DNA from: Patescibacteria group bacterium
Lineage (GTDB): Bacteria > Patescibacteriota > JABMPQ01
NCBI GenBank assembly: GCA_041749335.1
Contig: JBGTBM010000009.1
Location: 179-64,178 of the forward strand
Length of the DNA stretch: 64,000 bases
Direction: 5' to 3'
Translations under genes and position numbers: made by a program
Notes under the pieces: generated by a model
Database searches by the model: none
Seen by the model: only the letters and a program-made list of their open reading frames with translations
What the model was told of the DNA's origin: nothing
Shown here: one piece after another, positions 7,224 through 17,479 of the stretch
Numbering within the stretch: position 1 is the stretch's first letter
Layout of the letters: each line of letters begins with the position of its first letter

Positions 7224-8915
7224 TTATTTCACCGCCGCTTTAATAAATTCCATAAACAACGGATGAGGCTTCATTGGGCGTGATTTATATTCCGGATGCC
7301 CCTGCGTAGCAATAAAAAATGGATGAATTTTTTTTGGCAACTCAATCATTTCCACGAAGAAATCATCCGGCGAAGTTCCGGAAAATACCATTCCTTTTTC
7401 TTCCAAAGGCTTGCGATATTTATTATTAAATTCATAGCGATGTCGATGCCGCTCGGATATCTTTACATTTCCTTCGGCTTTTATGCCCAGTTTTTCTTTC
7501 TGCTCTTTGTTAAGCTTCTCTCCATATTTATATTTTAAGTAAATAGCTCCGGCCAAGGAATCTTGTTTCAAATAACAATCATACGCCCCTAATCTCATCG
7601 AAACCCCCTTCCCTTTTATTACTTGGTACTTTTCATTCATCGGAATATCGTGAATAATTGGATGTATGGTTTTTGGTTTATTTTCTACCGTATCGGCATC
7701 TTTAAACCCCACTACATTGCGGGCGTATTCAACGCAGGCTAGCTGCATTCCATAACAAAGCCCTAAATAGGGTATTTTTTTCTCACGAGCATATTTGATA
7801 GTAGCAATCTTTCCTTCCGCTCCTCTTTTTCCCCAGCCGATTGGAACAATAATCCCATCCGGATTGCCAATAATCTTTACCCCTTCATTTTCCACCGCTT
7901 CAGTGTTAACAAATCTTAAATTAAGATCAATGTTAAGCTGCCAGCAAGCGTGCTTGATCGCTTCAATTAATGAAGCATAAGAATCCAATAATTGATAATC
8001 GCCCGTGCTAATATATTTTCCCGCAATTACAACTTCCACCTTTTTACTTTTCTGTGACTTAATTCTTTTAACTAATTTTTGCCATTCCCCCAGCTTATTG
8101 GTTTTATAATTTAATTTTAAATATTTTAATATTTTTTTATCAAACTCCTGCTTGGCAAACTCCAAGGGCAGTTCATAGACGCTCTCTAGGTCTCGCGCCA
8201 TGATAACATTATCGCCTGGTACGGATGTTTTAAGGCCTAATAAATATCTCCTTCTTTTATCAAACGTGGCTTCGGATCTTAATACTAAAAATTCAGGCAT
8301 CAGTCCCATGCCCATCACGGTGCGCATAGAAAACTGTGTTGGCATTGTCTTGGGCTCTCCTATGTGTTTTGGCAAAGGGACATAGCTAACATGCACATTT
8401 AAAATCTGTCCCGGCATTTGAGCTTTCATAATTCTGCATGCTTCATAATAAAGCATGTTTTGGTATTCTCCGGCCGTACCTCCAAGTTCAATGATTAATA
8501 TCTCATTGCCCTCTCCGGCTTCTTTTATTCTTTTGATGATTTCGTCAGATACGTGGGGAATCGCCTCCACATCTTCTCCTTGATAGCCAAATGATCTTTC
8601 ACGATCAATTACGGTCTTATATATTTGGCCCATCGTGGTAAAATTTTTATATCCCATTTCTTGATTTAAAAATCTTTCATACGTCCCCAGATCCATATCG
8701 GCCTCTAGCCCGTCTTCACATAAAAAAGGATCGCCGTGTTCAATAGGATTAATAGTGCCAGAATCAATATTAAGATAATTCTCACATTTGATCACGCCAA
8801 CTTTATAACCGCGGTTTTGCAGCAAATGGCCGATGGAAGCCGCTACTACGCCCTTGCCCAAACCCGATAACACTCCGCCAGAAACGAATATAAACTTTGT
8901 TTTTTTATTTGCCAT
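7224..8915 (-). CDS. pyrG: CTP synthase
   Basis: FVSGGVLSGLGKG, DMDLGTYERF, GLCYGMQ, ERHRHRYE, QGHPE. Confidence 0.97.
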   Translation of the reverse strand: MANKKTKFIFVSGGVLSGLGKGVVAASIGHLLQNRGYKVGVIKCENYLNIDSGTINPIEHGDPFLCEDGLEADMDLGTYERFLNQEMGYKNFTTMGQIYKTVIDRERSFGYQGEDVEAIPHVSDEIIKRIKEAGEGNEILIIELGGTAGEYQNMLYYEACRIMKAQMPGQILNVHVSYVPLPKHIGEPKTMPTQFSMRTVMGMGLMPEFLVLRSEATFDKRRRYLLGLKTSVPGDNVIMARDLESVYELPLEFAKQEFDKKILKYLKLNYKTNKLGEWQKLVKRIKSQKSKKVEVVIAGKYISTGDYQLLDSYASLIEAIKHACWQLNIDLNLRFVNTEAVENEGVKIIGNPDGIIVPIGWGKRGAEGKIATIKYAREKKIPYLGLCYGMQLACVEYARNVVGFKDADTVENKPKTIHPIIHDIPMNEKYQVIKGKGVSMRLGAYDCYLKQDSLAGAIYLKYKYGEKLNKEQKEKLGIKAEGNVKISERHRHRYEFNNKYRKPLEEKGMVFSGTSPDDFFVEMIELPKKIHPFFIATQGHPEYKSRPMKPHPLFMEFIKAAVK

Positions 8916-8918
8916 TTT

Positions 8919-9368
8919 TTATTTTTCTTCTTTAACGATTAATTTAATTTCTGTTTCAATTTCTTTACTAATTCTAATTTTAATCGGATATTCTCCGATT
9001 TTTTTAATTGGTCCATCTAATTGTATCATGTCTTTAGAAAATTCCGCTTTAACTTGATTATTTAAAGCTTTTAATATCTTTTCCGCCTTGACTGATCCAA
9101 ATAAAATTCCGTCTTCTTTAACTTTTTCACTTAACTCAATTTTTATGCCTTTAATTCCGTCTGCCATCTTTTCAAGATTCTTAATTTTTTTCTGCTCTTC
9201 TTGCGCTCTTTGTTTTTTCAGTTTTTCAGCCATATTAATAGCGTGAGGAGTGGCAACCTCTACTAATTTTCTGGGCATTAAATAATTTCTTGCATAGCCA
9301 TCAGACACTTCTTTAATATCACCCTTCTTACCTAAATTTTCAACGTCTTCCTGTAAAACAATTTTCAT
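8919..9368 (-). CDS. rplI: 50S ribosomal protein L9
   Basis: MKIVLQEDVENLGKKGDIKEVSDGYARNYLMP, LFGSV. Confidence 0.97.
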   Translation of the reverse strand: MKIVLQEDVENLGKKGDIKEVSDGYARNYLMPRKLVEVATPHAINMAEKLKKQRAQEEQKKIKNLEKMADGIKGIKIELSEKVKEDGILFGSVKAEKILKALNNQVKAEFSKDMIQLDGPIKKIGEYPIKIRISKEIETEIKLIVKEEK

Positions 9369-9406
9369 ATTTTTATATTATTTTAATAAAATTTATTCTT
9401 TGCATA

Positions 9407-9682
9407 TTAATAAAGTATAACAAATCCTTCCAAGTCTCCAATATATTTTAATTGCTCCACGTCAACGGTTTTTACTTTAGCATAACGAGGCCCTTCTTGA
9501 CACCACTTGATGAAATTTAATAAATTATTTTCATCTCCTTCAGCCAATATGCCGACCGTGCCGTCTTTATTATTTTTTACCCAGCCGCAAATATTCAGTT
9601 TATCGGCTAAGCTCTTAGTCTTTATTCTAAAGGTAACGCCATGCACCCTGCCAGCAATTTTAAGCTGTAATCTTTTCTTCAT
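9407..9682 (-). CDS. acyP: Acylphosphatase
   Basis: GRVHGVTFR, GWVKN..DGTV, GPRYAKV. Confidence 0.92.
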   Translation of the reverse strand: MKKRLQLKIAGRVHGVTFRIKTKSLADKLNICGWVKNNKDGTVGILAEGDENNLLNFIKWCQEGPRYAKVKTVDVEQLKYIGDLEGFVILY

Positions 9683-9927
9683 TTTTTTGCTTGGTATTTT
9701 TCCGCTAATTTTATAAAAATTCCCAATGCTCCGCCAATTATCGCCAAATCATCCAATTGGCCCAATCCGGGAATTATGTCAGCGATAAAATCAAAGGGAT
9801 AAATAATATAAAGCAGCCCGAAAACAGGAATTAATTTATAAGAAAAAGGAATGTCTCGATCAAATAGTAGTGCCATCCCCTTTTTAAACTTTAGATACGT
9901 ATTTTTTATTTGATCAATTATCTTCAT
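9679..9927 (-). CDS. YkvA/DUF1232 family membrane protein
   Basis: YIIYPFDFIADIIPGLGQLDD motif. Confidence 0.88.
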   Translation of the reverse strand: MKIIDQIKNTYLKFKKGMALLFDRDIPFSYKLIPVFGLLYIIYPFDFIADIIPGLGQLDDLAIIGGALGIFIKLAEKYQAKK

Positions 9928-11170
9928 TTATATTTTGTATTTCTTCAAGCGCTTTATCCAATTGCGGATCTTGGTCTTGATTATAATCTTCATCCGATAA
10001 ATCAATTTCCAAATCTGGAGCTAACCCCTCCCCGTTAATATTTTTTTGAGAAGGCGTCAGCCATTCAGCGATACTAACTCGCAATGAAGAGCCATTGTCC
10101 AACTTTTTCAACTCTTGCACCGAACCTTTGCCAAAGGTTTTCATGCCAATCAACTTAACATTTCTATTATCTCTTAATGCCCCCGCTAAAATTTCCGATG
10201 CGGAAGCGGTGCCTTCGTTTACTAATACCACAATTGGTATATTCTGCAGCCGAGATCCATTCTTAGCTTTAAATTCATTTTTATCGCCATCGGAGAATGA
10301 TTCATAGACAACAATATCACCCGCCGGTAAAAATTCAGAGGCAACTTCAATTGAGCTTTGTAAATACCCTCCGGTATTATTTCTCACATCAAGAATAATT
10401 CCGTCGACGCTCTTGGCTAGAATTTCGGTAACCGTATCTTTGAAATCCTTCGCGGTATCATCGCCAAAATATAAGATTTCCAAATGAACATAGTTTTTAT
10501 CATCTCGATCAATTATTTTATATTTCACGCTATCAATTTCAATTTCATCTCGAGTTATTTCTATTTCTTTTGGTTCATCAAATTTATCACGATAAATTGT
10601 TAATCTTACCTTAGTCCCTTTTTCTCCTCTAATTTTAGAAACCGCCTCAATCAAAGACATACCAGACGTATCTTCATCATCAATTTTCAAAATTGAGTCT
10701 CTGGCCTTGAGCCCGGCTTTTTCGGCCGGTGAAGACTGTAACGGAGCGATAATGGCCAACTGGTCATTCTTGATACCGATCTCGGCGCCAATACCATCAA
10801 ACGTTCCTTCAATCTCATCTTGAAACTGTTCAGAAAGTTCTGGATCCATAAAAACCGTATAGGGATCATCCAATGACTGCAGCATACCATTAATAGAGCC
10901 ATATAACATTTTTTGATAGTCTTTGTCTTTAATAAAATCCTTATCAATAATATCCCACACGTCCCAAAATAGCTCAAAATCAACCCGGCTGGATTTATCC
11001 GAATTTCTTGCGGTTAATTCTTGGTTATTGTTTAAGTATTTTTGGGAAACAAAATTACTCCGACCAATATATAAGCCAAAAATAAAAGCCCCGCCCAATA
11101 ATATTAATACCGCCAGGACACCAAGAATTTTCTTATTTTGCCTTTTCGTATTTTGATTGATATTCGCCAT
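9914..11170 (-). CDS. ctpA: S41 family carboxy-terminal processing protease (PDZ)
   Basis: LDDPYT, GIGAEI, ILDVRNNTGG, TASASEI, TFGKGSVQ, plus an N-terminal TM helix. Confidence 0.92.
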   Translation of the reverse strand: MANINQNTKRQNKKILGVLAVLILLGGAFIFGLYIGRSNFVSQKYLNNNQELTARNSDKSSRVDFELFWDVWDIIDKDFIKDKDYQKMLYGSINGMLQSLDDPYTVFMDPELSEQFQDEIEGTFDGIGAEIGIKNDQLAIIAPLQSSPAEKAGLKARDSILKIDDEDTSGMSLIEAVSKIRGEKGTKVRLTIYRDKFDEPKEIEITRDEIEIDSVKYKIIDRDDKNYVHLEILYFGDDTAKDFKDTVTEILAKSVDGIILDVRNNTGGYLQSSIEVASEFLPAGDIVVYESFSDGDKNEFKAKNGSRLQNIPIVVLVNEGTASASEILAGALRDNRNVKLIGMKTFGKGSVQELKKLDNGSSLRVSIAEWLTPSQKNINGEGLAPDLEIDLSDEDYNQDQDPQLDKALEEIQNINEDN

Positions 11171-11177
11171 TTATTGT

Positions 11178-13142
11178 TTAATTTAATTTGAAGATAAACG
11201 TCTTGTCTGTTAACAAATCAGAGGTTAATTCAACATTGCCATTTATTTTTTTTACCTCGCCTTCACCTTCAAAGCTTGTATAGTGATAATTCTCGGGCAA
11301 AGTGGCAATTATTTTTATTCCCGGCTTAATTGTTCCAATTTGTTTTTGAGCTAATATTTTGTACACATTATTTTTTAAATAATCCATGCTCTTTTGAGGC
11401 AATTCATATTCAAAAGTAACGGTTTTTGATTCTCCCGGCTCAACATTAAGAAAAGTGCCGAAAGCTTGTTTGCCAAATTCTTCCGTGACCTCATAATCCT
11501 TGTTTAAATTTGTATAATATTTAGGATTTTTTTCATTGCCGTCAACCCGAATTATTTTACTATTCAGAGGTGCGTAAACTCTTGTCCAGCTGCGATATCT
11601 GGTCGTCAGCCAAGAAAATCCTAAAGATGTGTTGGTATAATTTAGATACAGTTTTACTCGAGGATATTCGCCGGTAAAATCAATATTATAGTGCCATGCC
11701 CTTTCCATAAATTGATCAGTCTTGCGGCTAGCCATATTTGAATCAACTACCATTAAATAATCCGTATCATCGGTTACATTTTTAATATCTCCACCCCAGC
11801 CCTTATCGGCAACATAATCTTGTATTTCATCGTTTTTAAAATACATTAAGAAATGTTTTTCCTCCATTGACTCACCGATCGTCAGCAACAAATCATCCCA
11901 TTTTTCTCTTTCAAGCTTAAATAATTTATCAATTAAAATATCAGCGATTTCACCGATAATACTTTTACGGTATTCTTCGGATATCCCGATTTCAACGAAC
12001 CTGCGCTCTACGTAATATTGCAATAAAGTAGTAAAATTTTCGCTATTAAATTCTTTAGGCTGCCCGGGAACATTAATCGGGCCGGTAATCTCCATTAATT
12101 TTTCAATAAATTCCGGTGTCAATGCGATAATCCCATTAAATTCACCTTCACCGCCCTCAGTATGATAAAACCACTCAGCTTTTTCTGCGTTAGCGGGATA
12201 ATCAGGCGTCCAAGACGAATCTCTAAAATACCAAGTTCTAATGCCGGGACTAAGCAGGGTCTGAATCTGCCACGGCATTTCAACAGTACCTTCAAATTTA
12301 TCGTCTAAATTATAAGAATCATCAGTTTTAATATCAATCAGTTCAGCGTCTTTTATCTTAATTACGCCGTAGCTGCCGATAAATCCTCCTCCCGGCCTCA
12401 ATTCATCATTATTATAAAATAACATTAAATAATTTGTGGGATCGGGATAACCGGCGATTTCCGGCAAGAATCTGGTGAGAATTTGAGCTCCGCTCAAGAC
12501 TTCTTTTAGCGTCGGCAAATATTGATTTACGAGATCTTTCGCTTCTGTTATTTGAGATAAAACTAAATTATCCGGAATTTTGTCCATTTCAATTTGAGCT
12601 AGATCAACACTGCTAATTGCCATTTGAATTGCCGGCGTTGATTGCTGTAATTTCTTGAGTATTTGCTCTTTTTCCTTGGTATCCAAATCATTAAATGAAG
12701 TTTTTCCGGTAATAATCGGGCTAATAGCCTCCGTCAAAGCGCCTGAAACCGAAATTAAAGAATCATCCAATAAAATAGCTGCATTCAGCAAGCTTTCAGC
12801 GGCTTTATACTGTCTGCCCGCATAAGGCAGATATTTTATTAGAAATAATTTTTTTAAATTATCTCTGGCCTGTTCAAAATCGTTTTGCGATTGCTGCAAA
12901 GCTTCATTGGCAGCGGAGAAATCTTGTTTTTTAATTTCTTCTTGAGCTATTTCTAAATTACTTTTTCCGGAAAGAGCTCCCTGATAGGCGTTGACCGCCG
13001 GCTTATATTGGATTGCGGCCATTAAAATCAACACCGCCAAAATTACTCCCGTTGCAATTAAAACCTTTTTTGCTCTAGATAATTTTTTTCTTTTATTTCC
13101 AACTTTGGTTTCAGTGTTAGCAATAACCTTTTGGTTTTCCAT
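11178..13142 (-). CDS. DUF4012 domain membrane-anchored protein
   Basis: N-terminal TM, long helical stalk, then NNDELRPGGGFIGSYG, FRDSSWTPDYP and VVDSNMASRKTD motifs. Confidence 0.8.
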   Translation of the reverse strand: MENQKVIANTETKVGNKRKKLSRAKKVLIATGVILAVLILMAAIQYKPAVNAYQGALSGKSNLEIAQEEIKKQDFSAANEALQQSQNDFEQARDNLKKLFLIKYLPYAGRQYKAAESLLNAAILLDDSLISVSGALTEAISPIITGKTSFNDLDTKEKEQILKKLQQSTPAIQMAISSVDLAQIEMDKIPDNLVLSQITEAKDLVNQYLPTLKEVLSGAQILTRFLPEIAGYPDPTNYLMLFYNNDELRPGGGFIGSYGVIKIKDAELIDIKTDDSYNLDDKFEGTVEMPWQIQTLLSPGIRTWYFRDSSWTPDYPANAEKAEWFYHTEGGEGEFNGIIALTPEFIEKLMEITGPINVPGQPKEFNSENFTTLLQYYVERRFVEIGISEEYRKSIIGEIADILIDKLFKLEREKWDDLLLTIGESMEEKHFLMYFKNDEIQDYVADKGWGGDIKNVTDDTDYLMVVDSNMASRKTDQFMERAWHYNIDFTGEYPRVKLYLNYTNTSLGFSWLTTRYRSWTRVYAPLNSKIIRVDGNEKNPKYYTNLNKDYEVTEEFGKQAFGTFLNVEPGESKTVTFEYELPQKSMDYLKNNVYKILAQKQIGTIKPGIKIIATLPENYHYTSFEGEGEVKKINGNVELTSDLLTDKTFIFKLN

Positions 13143-13170
13143 TTTTGTTTTTTAGTTATTTTTAATATAT

Positions 13171-14001
13171 TTATTCCTTGGGACCGCGGCCGTACACCTT
13201 GCCGCTATGCATGTATTTTAGAAAATATTTTACCGCGCTATTAATATGAATTCTTGTTTGTTTATTAAACATAGACAAAAATATGCTTGATTCTTTGGCG
13301 GAAGCCCGAGCATAATAATGCACCATTTGTACATGCGGATAATAATAGACCTTCCAGCCTTTCTGCCAGAAACGCCGACACCAATCAACATCTTCCATAT
13401 ACATAAAAAATCTTTCATCCATTAAGCCAACATGATCAATTGCTTTTCTTCTGACCATCATACAGGATCCCAATATCCACGCCACTTCCCGGCTTTCCCG
13501 ATGATCCCAGTCTTTCATTAAAAAATCGTCAATTAATTTTTGTTTTCCGGTTAATTTTCCGAAGGGCGTCCGACGATATAAAACCACTCGCGGAGAGGTA
13601 TACCATTTAAAGCATGAATATTGGATGCTGCCATTGGGGTTAATCAATTGCGCTCCGGAAGCGGCGATGCTCTCATTCTTATCCATATATTCCAACATCT
13701 GATTTAATGAATCTTTTAGAACAGTAATATCAGGATTCAACAATAGAATATAGTCGCTTTGAGATTTTCTAATGCCTTGATTCACCGCCTTGGGAAAACC
13801 AAGATTCTCATCGTTGGCGATTACAATCACTTGTGGAAATTCTTCTTCAATCATATCTATCGTTTCATCTTCGGAATTATTATCAACCACAATTATATCA
13901 TAATCATGACTGGGCGGATTTTTTTGAATAGACTTAATACACTGCCGCAATAAGCTGGGAGTTTTATAATTAACTATAATTACTGATAATTTTTTTAGCA
14001 T
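13171..14001 (-). CDS. GT2 glycosyltransferase (WbbL/rhamnosyltransferase-like)
   Basis: SVIIVNY, VVDNNSED, LLLNPD, MDERFFMYMEDVDWCRR. Confidence 0.9.
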   Translation of the reverse strand: MLKKLSVIIVNYKTPSLLRQCIKSIQKNPPSHDYDIIVVDNNSEDETIDMIEEEFPQVIVIANDENLGFPKAVNQGIRKSQSDYILLLNPDITVLKDSLNQMLEYMDKNESIAASGAQLINPNGSIQYSCFKWYTSPRVVLYRRTPFGKLTGKQKLIDDFLMKDWDHRESREVAWILGSCMMVRRKAIDHVGLMDERFFMYMEDVDWCRRFWQKGWKVYYYPHVQMVHYYARASAKESSIFLSMFNKQTRIHINSAVKYFLKYMHSGKVYGRGPKE

Positions 14002-14022
14002 AAAAATTAATATATAAATAAA

Positions 14023-15048
14023 TTAAAACCACCTTCTAATATCAGACGGCTTTAATTTACTTTTAGACAAAATAGCATTTCTTTTTTGCAAAGTCAATGA
14101 CAGCGACAAGATAAAATCAACCAAGCCTTTGATGGTTTTTCTCTCAAATAAAAGTAAATATATAAATTTTTTTAATTCATATAAAAATATTGCCGGGAAA
14201 AATATAATCAAATTCAACAAAAATTGATTTTTAAAAATTAATAAAAAGTGATTGCGGTATGAATAATAATTTACCAGTTCGGATTTCAATTTTCTATTTT
14301 TAATAACGCCAGTATCCACATCCGAACTGCCGGTCTCCCAGCGATGATGATAGGCAAGAGCGCCGGGTATATAATATATTTTCCAGCCTGCATGCCTAAG
14401 CCTCCAGGATAAATCAACATCCTCTTTATAAATAAAAAAATCGTCGTCCAAATAATTCTTATTATAAGATATCGCTTTCACATCATCCAATGCTTTCCGG
14501 CGATATATGGCAGCGGCCGCAGATATTCCAAAAACTTCCCTTTTTTCATCCGGTAAGATTAAGTCATCCTTTTTATTGGCATCGATTTCCACTACCCGAT
14601 GCGATCGAAATATTTTCAATCCCTTAGTGTCAATAATTTTGGTTTTGACAATATTTTTATCTTGCAGTCTGTATTTTAAAATTTTACCGGACACCGCGCC
14701 AATTTCACTGTCCGTGTCTAATATTTCAACAATCTTTAAAATATAATCCCGATCCAAAATAACATCTGGGTTGAGCATCATGATATAATCCCCGGCTGCT
14801 TTTTCAATTCCGATATTATTACCCCGAGCATATCCTAAATTATCCGAATTATTTATAAAAATATAATTATTTTCCCGCGCTAATTTTTCCAAAATCACTT
14901 CGCTGCCGTCTTGCGAGCCATTATTGATAATTATTATTTCTAAATTTGGGTATGTTTGATTTTTTAAAGTCCGCAAACAATCCGCAATGTATTTTTGGGC
15001 GTTATAGCATAAAACAATGACGCTAACTTTGAAATTTCTCTTTAACAT
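14023..15048 (-). CDS. GT2 glycosyltransferase
   Basis: IINNGSQDGS, NLGYARGNN, MLNPD, FFIYKEDVDLSWR. Confidence 0.9.
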   Translation of the reverse strand: MLKRNFKVSVIVLCYNAQKYIADCLRTLKNQTYPNLEIIIINNGSQDGSEVILEKLARENNYIFINNSDNLGYARGNNIGIEKAAGDYIMMLNPDVILDRDYILKIVEILDTDSEIGAVSGKILKYRLQDKNIVKTKIIDTKGLKIFRSHRVVEIDANKKDDLILPDEKREVFGISAAAAIYRRKALDDVKAISYNKNYLDDDFFIYKEDVDLSWRLRHAGWKIYYIPGALAYHHRWETGSSDVDTGVIKNRKLKSELVNYYSYRNHFLLIFKNQFLLNLIIFFPAIFLYELKKFIYLLLFERKTIKGLVDFILSLSLTLQKRNAILSKSKLKPSDIRRWF

Positions 15049-16600
15049 ATTCAGCTCTTAAAATATAAATAAACAGCATAATAACAATAATATAGCCAAT
15101 TCCCATCGGATGATTCAAATATGGAGTAGTAACGTTGGTAATTATAATGCCAAAAAGCCCCGATAGCATTCCGATTATTAATATTTTATCCTCTTGATGC
15201 AAATTGTTTTTTATTCCTTCCCTAAAAATTTTAAATAAAAACAGTAAATATGCTAGCAAGCCCAATAAGCCGATTTCGGTGATCGTATCAAGGTAGGACC
15301 ATTCAAAAGCAAATACTCTTAACGTTCCGTACTTTTCCGGCACTACACTCTCATACTCTATCGTCGCGCCAAATCCCGATCCCAAAATGGGATGTAATTT
15401 AATTTTCTGAAGCGCGGGACCGATTAAATTAAAACGATTTTGGCCGGCTCCCTCGCTCTGCGGGTGGACAATGCTGTCCAACCGATAAGCCACTAAATCG
15501 TAAAATGTCGGAAACAATGTTCCGCTTAAAATAATAATAATTAAGATCAGGCCGATAATATATAAAATAATTCTCAATGTTTTTTTCCAGGGAATATTAA
15601 AAAATATAAACGCAGTCAATCCGGCCAAGCCCAGCCACAAACTGCGCGAAAAGCCTAAAAATAATGCCGCCGCATTGATTGAAACAATCAAAATCGCTAA
15701 ATAATACTCTTTCTTTTTGAGTCCGCCTTTAAAAAGATAAATTAATAATATTCCCAGTCCGACCAATGAATATACTTGAGCGGCGCTAAAAAACCTGAAA
15801 AAGGGTCCGGCTAAATAAGCTATTTGTCCGATGCTGGTATCTGTAACCCAGCGATAGATGGGAGCTTTTTGATTCTCAAAATCTCGTATCGGCCCGTATT
15901 CCAAAAGTTCGTTTTTGGCAGTTGTTGAATGAGAAATGGTGGAGCCAATTTCCTCTTCATCATCAATTGCCAACTCTGAAGATATGGCCTCTGCCATATC
16001 AGGGCGCGACTCTTGATGGAAGATGGTAAATTCCGCAAAACAATACAGCGTAAACAAACTGACAGCCAGGGACCCGATAATAATTATCTGTAATATATTT
16101 TTAAGATTTTTCTTGCTGATAGCGGCAAAAAATACGAAAGCTAATCCCAAATAGATATATCCATTAAAATCAAAAAATGTATTAGCCAGATTATTTCCAT
16201 AGATAATGCCCAAAAGCAAACCGATTAAGATAAATATTAATAATAAAACATACCAGAAAAAGTATTTGGTTTTAACAAATTTAAACTTATGCGCGCGCTT
16301 TTTAAAAAACCAAATCAAAAATACGACCGCAAATAAAGCTATTCTCAAAGAAAGCGCAAAGCCAAAAACATTAAAAGTAAACAAATACCCTTTAACTCCT
16401 ATGATTAATTCCGTAAGCAAAATATAAACTCCATAATCCAATCTCTTATAGCTAAAATATCCGGCCAGCGCCACAACCGTTAAAAAAATTAAGTGGTTTA
16501 AAATGGGAAATACATATCCCAGGAAGGATAATAAATATATCCCTAAAAAAATTAGAGTATATTTGCAAATATTTTTTATATTTAAAATGTCTTTGATCAT
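15023..16600 (-). CDS. O-antigen ligase/polymerase-like (Wzy_C) multi-TM protein
   Basis: About 12 hydrophobic segments, FSRSLWLG, HPILGSGFG, EIGLLGL. Confidence 0.8.
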   Translation of the reverse strand: MIKDILNIKNICKYTLIFLGIYLLSFLGYVFPILNHLIFLTVVALAGYFSYKRLDYGVYILLTELIIGVKGYLFTFNVFGFALSLRIALFAVVFLIWFFKKRAHKFKFVKTKYFFWYVLLLIFILIGLLLGIIYGNNLANTFFDFNGYIYLGLAFVFFAAISKKNLKNILQIIIIGSLAVSLFTLYCFAEFTIFHQESRPDMAEAISSELAIDDEEEIGSTISHSTTAKNELLEYGPIRDFENQKAPIYRWVTDTSIGQIAYLAGPFFRFFSAAQVYSLVGLGILLIYLFKGGLKKKEYYLAILIVSINAAALFLGFSRSLWLGLAGLTAFIFFNIPWKKTLRIILYIIGLILIIIILSGTLFPTFYDLVAYRLDSIVHPQSEGAGQNRFNLIGPALQKIKLHPILGSGFGATIEYESVVPEKYGTLRVFAFEWSYLDTITEIGLLGLLAYLLFLFKIFREGIKNNLHQEDKILIIGMLSGLFGIIITNVTTPYLNHPMGIGYIIVIMLFIYILRAEYVKEKFQS

Positions 16601-17475
16601 AGGCTTTTATTTTTTTTCACAGGCCGAAAAAACATTAAAATTTGAGTAAGTAGGGCTAAAAATAGGCTCAATGGATATAAAATAAGAATCACCAGATATT
16701 CCCAAAGAGGTTGATGCTTTTTAAAATATCGGAGCATGCTATTGTTCATCATCAGCTGTTTTTTTAAAGTCATAACTTGATTAAAGCTGGCCGCTTTTTC
16801 ATGCACCACTTCAGCCTCCTCCATAAAAAAAGTTTTATATCCAGCATTTTTGGCCCGCTTGCAATAATCCACTTCTTCAAACCAAATAAAATATTTATCA
16901 TCCAATAGGCCGATTGCCTCAATCACCTTTTTTCTTATCATAAAGCAAGCCCCCATTACTTGATCAACGCTTCTTGTCCGATTGTGTTTCCAATCCAGCA
17001 TATAATATTCCCGAACTGCTTTGAGGTTGGGAAAAATATTATGCAATTTGAGCAAAATAATGACTTGATCATTCAGCGTGGGAAACCTCCGGCAGGATGG
17101 CTGCAAAGAACCATCCGGGTTAAGCAGCCGGCAGCCTAAAATTCCACAATTTAAATTTTTCTTCATGTAATCCACCATCTTATTCAAGGCTTCATCTAAA
17201 ACTTTGGTGTCGGCATTCAATAATAACACGTATTTCCCCTTGGCTCTTTTAATCGCTTTATTATTAGCCGCTGCGAATCCCAAATTCCTGCAATTAACAA
17301 TTAATTTTACTTCGGGATAATTTACTTCTACCATCTTAACGCTACCATCCTCCGAGGCATTATCCACCACAAATATTTCATAATCCAAGTCTTTGGTTCT
17401 TTGATGAATATAATTCAGGCACCATTTAAGCTGCTTTTCAGTATTCCAATTTACGATAATTATGGAAAGCGTCAT
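16597..17475 (-). CDS. GT2 glycosyltransferase (WbbL-like)
   Basis: SIIIVNWN, VVDNASEDGS, LLLNAD, YFIWFEEVDYC. Confidence 0.9.
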   Translation of the reverse strand: MTLSIIIVNWNTEKQLKWCLNYIHQRTKDLDYEIFVVDNASEDGSVKMVEVNYPEVKLIVNCRNLGFAAANNKAIKRAKGKYVLLLNADTKVLDEALNKMVDYMKKNLNCGILGCRLLNPDGSLQPSCRRFPTLNDQVIILLKLHNIFPNLKAVREYYMLDWKHNRTRSVDQVMGACFMIRKKVIEAIGLLDDKYFIWFEEVDYCKRAKNAGYKTFFMEEAEVVHEKAASFNQVMTLKKQLMMNNSMLRYFKKHQPLWEYLVILILYPLSLFLALLTQILMFFRPVKKNKSL

Positions 17476-17479
17476 AACA

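Noticed and set aside
15023-16600. Evidence for LPS from the O-antigen-ligase-like gene
   Set aside because: The fold is shared by polymerases and protein O-oligosaccharyltransferases, and no lipid A or core genes are in the window.
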